A stretch of 43,967 bases of DNA, filler included, from an uncultured virus (IMG/VR IMGVR_UViG_2061766007_001416) (lineage: Duplodnaviria; Heunggongvirae; Uroviricota; Caudoviricetes). It is 3 parts of one record of this genome, joined end to end, with 100 filler letters (N's around TTAATTAATTAA, not from the genome) between each part and the next. Parts side by side here need not be neighbours in the genome. Positions count along the whole stretch, not along the records: positions 19,232 to 42,874 come from IMGVR_UViG_2061766007_001416; positions 42,975 to 43,967 come from IMGVR_UViG_2061766007_001416; 1 more part is not named here. The stretch is one strand, 5' to 3'. A program made the translations under genes and the position numbers. Position 1 is the stretch's first letter; each line of letters opens with the position of its first letter. This document shows, piece after piece, positions 41,626 to 43,967 of the stretch. A model generated the notes under the pieces. The model was not told where the DNA came from, searched no databases, and was given only the letters and a program-made list of their open reading frames with translations.

Positions 41626-42481
41626 AAGGAGAGTGATGTAATGTACACACCGATTTATCGTTGGAGTACAGTAGATGTTTCAAACGCTCCGCCATTCAGC
41701 GAATATGTCAACTGGGTTTTGTCAAGAAAACATTATGGAAAGAGAGTTAAGAGGGTGATAAAATGANNNNNNNNNNNNNNNNNNNNNNNNNNNNNNNNNN
41801 NNNNNNNNNNNNNNNNNNNNNNNNNNNNNNNNNNNNNNNNNNNNNNNNNNNNNNNNNNNNNNNNNNNNNNNNNNNNNNNNNNNNNNNNNNNNNNNNNNNN
41901 NNNNNNNNNNNNNNNNNNNNNNNNNNNNNNNNNNNNNNNNNNNNNNNNNNNNNNNNNNNNNNNNNNNNNNNNNNNNNNNNNNNNNNNNNNNNNNNNNNNN
42001 NNNNNNNNNNNNNNNNNNNNNNNNNNNNNNNNNNNNNNNNNNNNNNNNNNNNNNNNNNNNNNNNNNNNNNNNNNNNNNNNNNNNNNNNNNNNNNNNNNNN
42101 NNNNNNNNNNNNNNNNNNNNNNNNNNNNNNNNNNNNNNNNNNNNNNNNNNNNNNNNNNNNNNNNNNNNNNNNNNNNNNNNNNNNNNNNNNNNNNNNNNNN
42201 NNNNNNNNNNNNNNNNNNNNNNNNNNNNNNNNNNNNNNNNNNNNNNNNNNNNNNNNNNNNNNNNNNNNNNNNNNNNNNNNNNNNNNNNNNNNNNNNNNNN
42301 NNNNNNNNNNNNNNNNNNNNNNNNNNNNNNNNNNNNNNNNNNNNNNNNNNNNNNNNNNNNNNNNNNNNNNNNNNNNNNNNNNNNNNNNNNNNNNNNNNNN
42401 NNNNNNNNNNNNNNNNNNNNNNNNNNNNNNNNNNNNNNNNNNNNNNNNNNNNNNNNNNNNNNNNNNNNNNNNNNNNNNNNN

Positions 42482-42780
42482 TAGTGTCAGATAAAGTGAA
42501 AAAATCTGCTACATATCAAAACAGTCTTGATGATTTGATTTTGAGAGAAGAGGAAATATTAAAGGAACGACAAGAAGTCAAAACTGAGTGGTGGAGATGC
42601 AGGAAAATGATAAGGAAAATTCAGTCTGCAGAACAATCGGATTCATTGAGATATTATTATTTGCTCAATTATGATAACTGGACTGATGTTGCAAAAAAAA
42701 TACATGTTTCAGAACGTTCAATCTATTCGATCTATGGAAATGCACTTAATGCTTTTAGAAAAATTTCTGGTTTTGAATAA
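42482..42780 (+). CDS. ArpU/RinA-like late transcription activator (5' partial)
   Basis: LRYYYL..WTDVAKKIHVSERSIYSIYGNAL C-terminal HTH; last gene of the early region. Confidence 0.75.
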
Positions 42781-42782
42781 AG

Positions 42783-42827
42783 TTTGCAGTGTTTTGCAGT
42801 GCAATGCAGATGTCAATATGTTAGAAT
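42783..42827 (+). promoter_or_regulatory. Putative activator-dependent late promoter
   Basis: TTTGCAGTG direct repeats at 10-bp spacing, then TGTTAGAAT extended -10-like box. Confidence 0.55.
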
Positions 42828-42918
42828 AATAGTAGTAAAAGTTTGGGCGGAGCAAAGGACTTTTGACCGCACTCNNNNNNNNNNNNNNNNNNNNNNNNNN
42901 NNNNNNNNNNNNNNNNNN

Positions 42919-42930
42919 TTAATTAATTAA
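42919..42930. other. Artificial contig linker
   Basis: TTAATTAATTAA within Ns. Confidence 0.9.
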
Positions 42931-42974
42931 NNNNNNNNNNNNNNNNNNNNNNNNNNNNNNNNNNNNNNNNNNNN

Positions 42975-43962
42975 CGCATGGTGGGAAATTAAAGAAAGTC
43001 CCCTTGAAATGACTTATAAGCCAACCGGGCAGAAAATATATTTCAGAGGTCTTGATGATCCGCTTAAAGTTACATCTATTACGGTTGATGTAGGTGTTCT
43101 CTGCTGGGCATGGCTTGAAGAAGCATACGAAGTTATGAACGAAGCCGATTTTGATACTTTGGATGAGTCAATTCGAGGTGAAGTGCCTAAAGGATTGTTC
43201 AAACAGTGGACAATTACTTTCAATCCTTGGAATGAACATCATTGGCTTAAAAAACGCTTTTTTGACAACCCCGATGAAGATACCCTCGCAATGACTACAA
43301 ATTATAAATGCAACGAGTGGCTTGACGATGCCGATAAAAAGCTGTTTGAAAGTATGAAGAAAAACAACCCTCGCAGATACGAGGTAGCCGGATTAGGCAA
43401 TTGGGGAATTGTTGACGGACTTGTGTATGAGAACTGGCACGAGCAAAGCTTTGAACCTCGTGAAATAATTAAAAACAACCCGAAAATAAAAAGCGTTTTC
43501 GGGCTTGATTTTGGCTACACAAACGACCCGACAGCTTTTTTTGCAGGGCTTCTTGACGTTGAAAACAAGAAGCTTTTTGTCTTTGATGAATTTTATCAAA
43601 GAGCATTGTCGAATAGAGATATCGGCGAAAAAATCACTGCTATGGGGTTCAGAAAAGAACGTATTGTCGCAGACAGCGCCGAGCCTAAATCGATTCACGA
43701 GTTAAAAACGCTGGGATTAACCGGTGTGCAGGGAGCGAAAAAAGGCAGGGACAGCATTATGTATGGCGTACAGTGGATACAGGATTTGGAAATAATTATT
43801 CACCCACGCTGCGTTAATTTTCTGACTGAAATCAGCAATTACACATTTGAAAAAGACAAGTTCGGAAACTCAATCAACAAACCGATTGATGATTTTAACC
43901 ATTTAATGGACGCTATGCGTTATGCGCTTGAAAGATATATCGGCAGCAAATGGCTGTATTAG
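42975..43962 (+). CDS. terL: Terminase large subunit, PBSX family (5' partial)
   Basis: FRGLDDPLK, WLEEA, TFNPW, GLDFGYTNDP, ADSAEPKSI, NHLMDAMRYA. Confidence 0.93.
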
Positions 43963-43967
43963 GGGGT

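Noticed and set aside
1..43967. Diversity-generating retroelement explaining near-identical repeats
   Set aside because: No reverse transcriptase motif is seen, and allele differences look mostly synonymous rather than adenine-specific.
1..43967. Integrase, repressor, lysis genes, tRNA or rRNA
   Set aside because: None recognised; they may lie in gaps or outside the window, so the temperate lifestyle is inferred only from gene families.

Overview
Heavily gapped, composite scaffold of temperate siphophage sequence, most likely from Firmicutes/Clostridia (inferred from the gene families and the strong GGAGG RBS). It is not one genome. Short contigs from several related phages are joined by 10-N spacers, and artificial TTAATTAATTAA linkers sit at 19176 and 42919. 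The window therefore holds two terminase C-termini, two portal types, two MuF-type minor head proteins, several capsid and tape-measure alleles, three recombinases (RecT, Rad52/Sak-like, Sak4-like) and two replication modes. Bases 1-19131 cover the head and tail module, 19232-42873 cover recombination, replication, accessory genes and a late activator, and 42975-end is a large terminase. The most interesting part is 3.4-10.2 kb, where MuF-type minor capsid proteins carry three different C-terminal toxin-like tips (JAB-like, HExxH, HExxE), each followed by a small candidate immunity gene. Each tip begins at a sigma-A-like promoter (TGGTATAAT) embedded in the coding sequence. Each unit ends at a conserved ACCGCC...GCGGT hairpin, which also delimits interchangeable orphan methyltransferase cassettes. 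The same hotspot contains a fragment of the anti-defence sponge Tad1. A -1 frameshift site is visible in the tail chaperone gene. All family calls are by motif recognition, without database searches.
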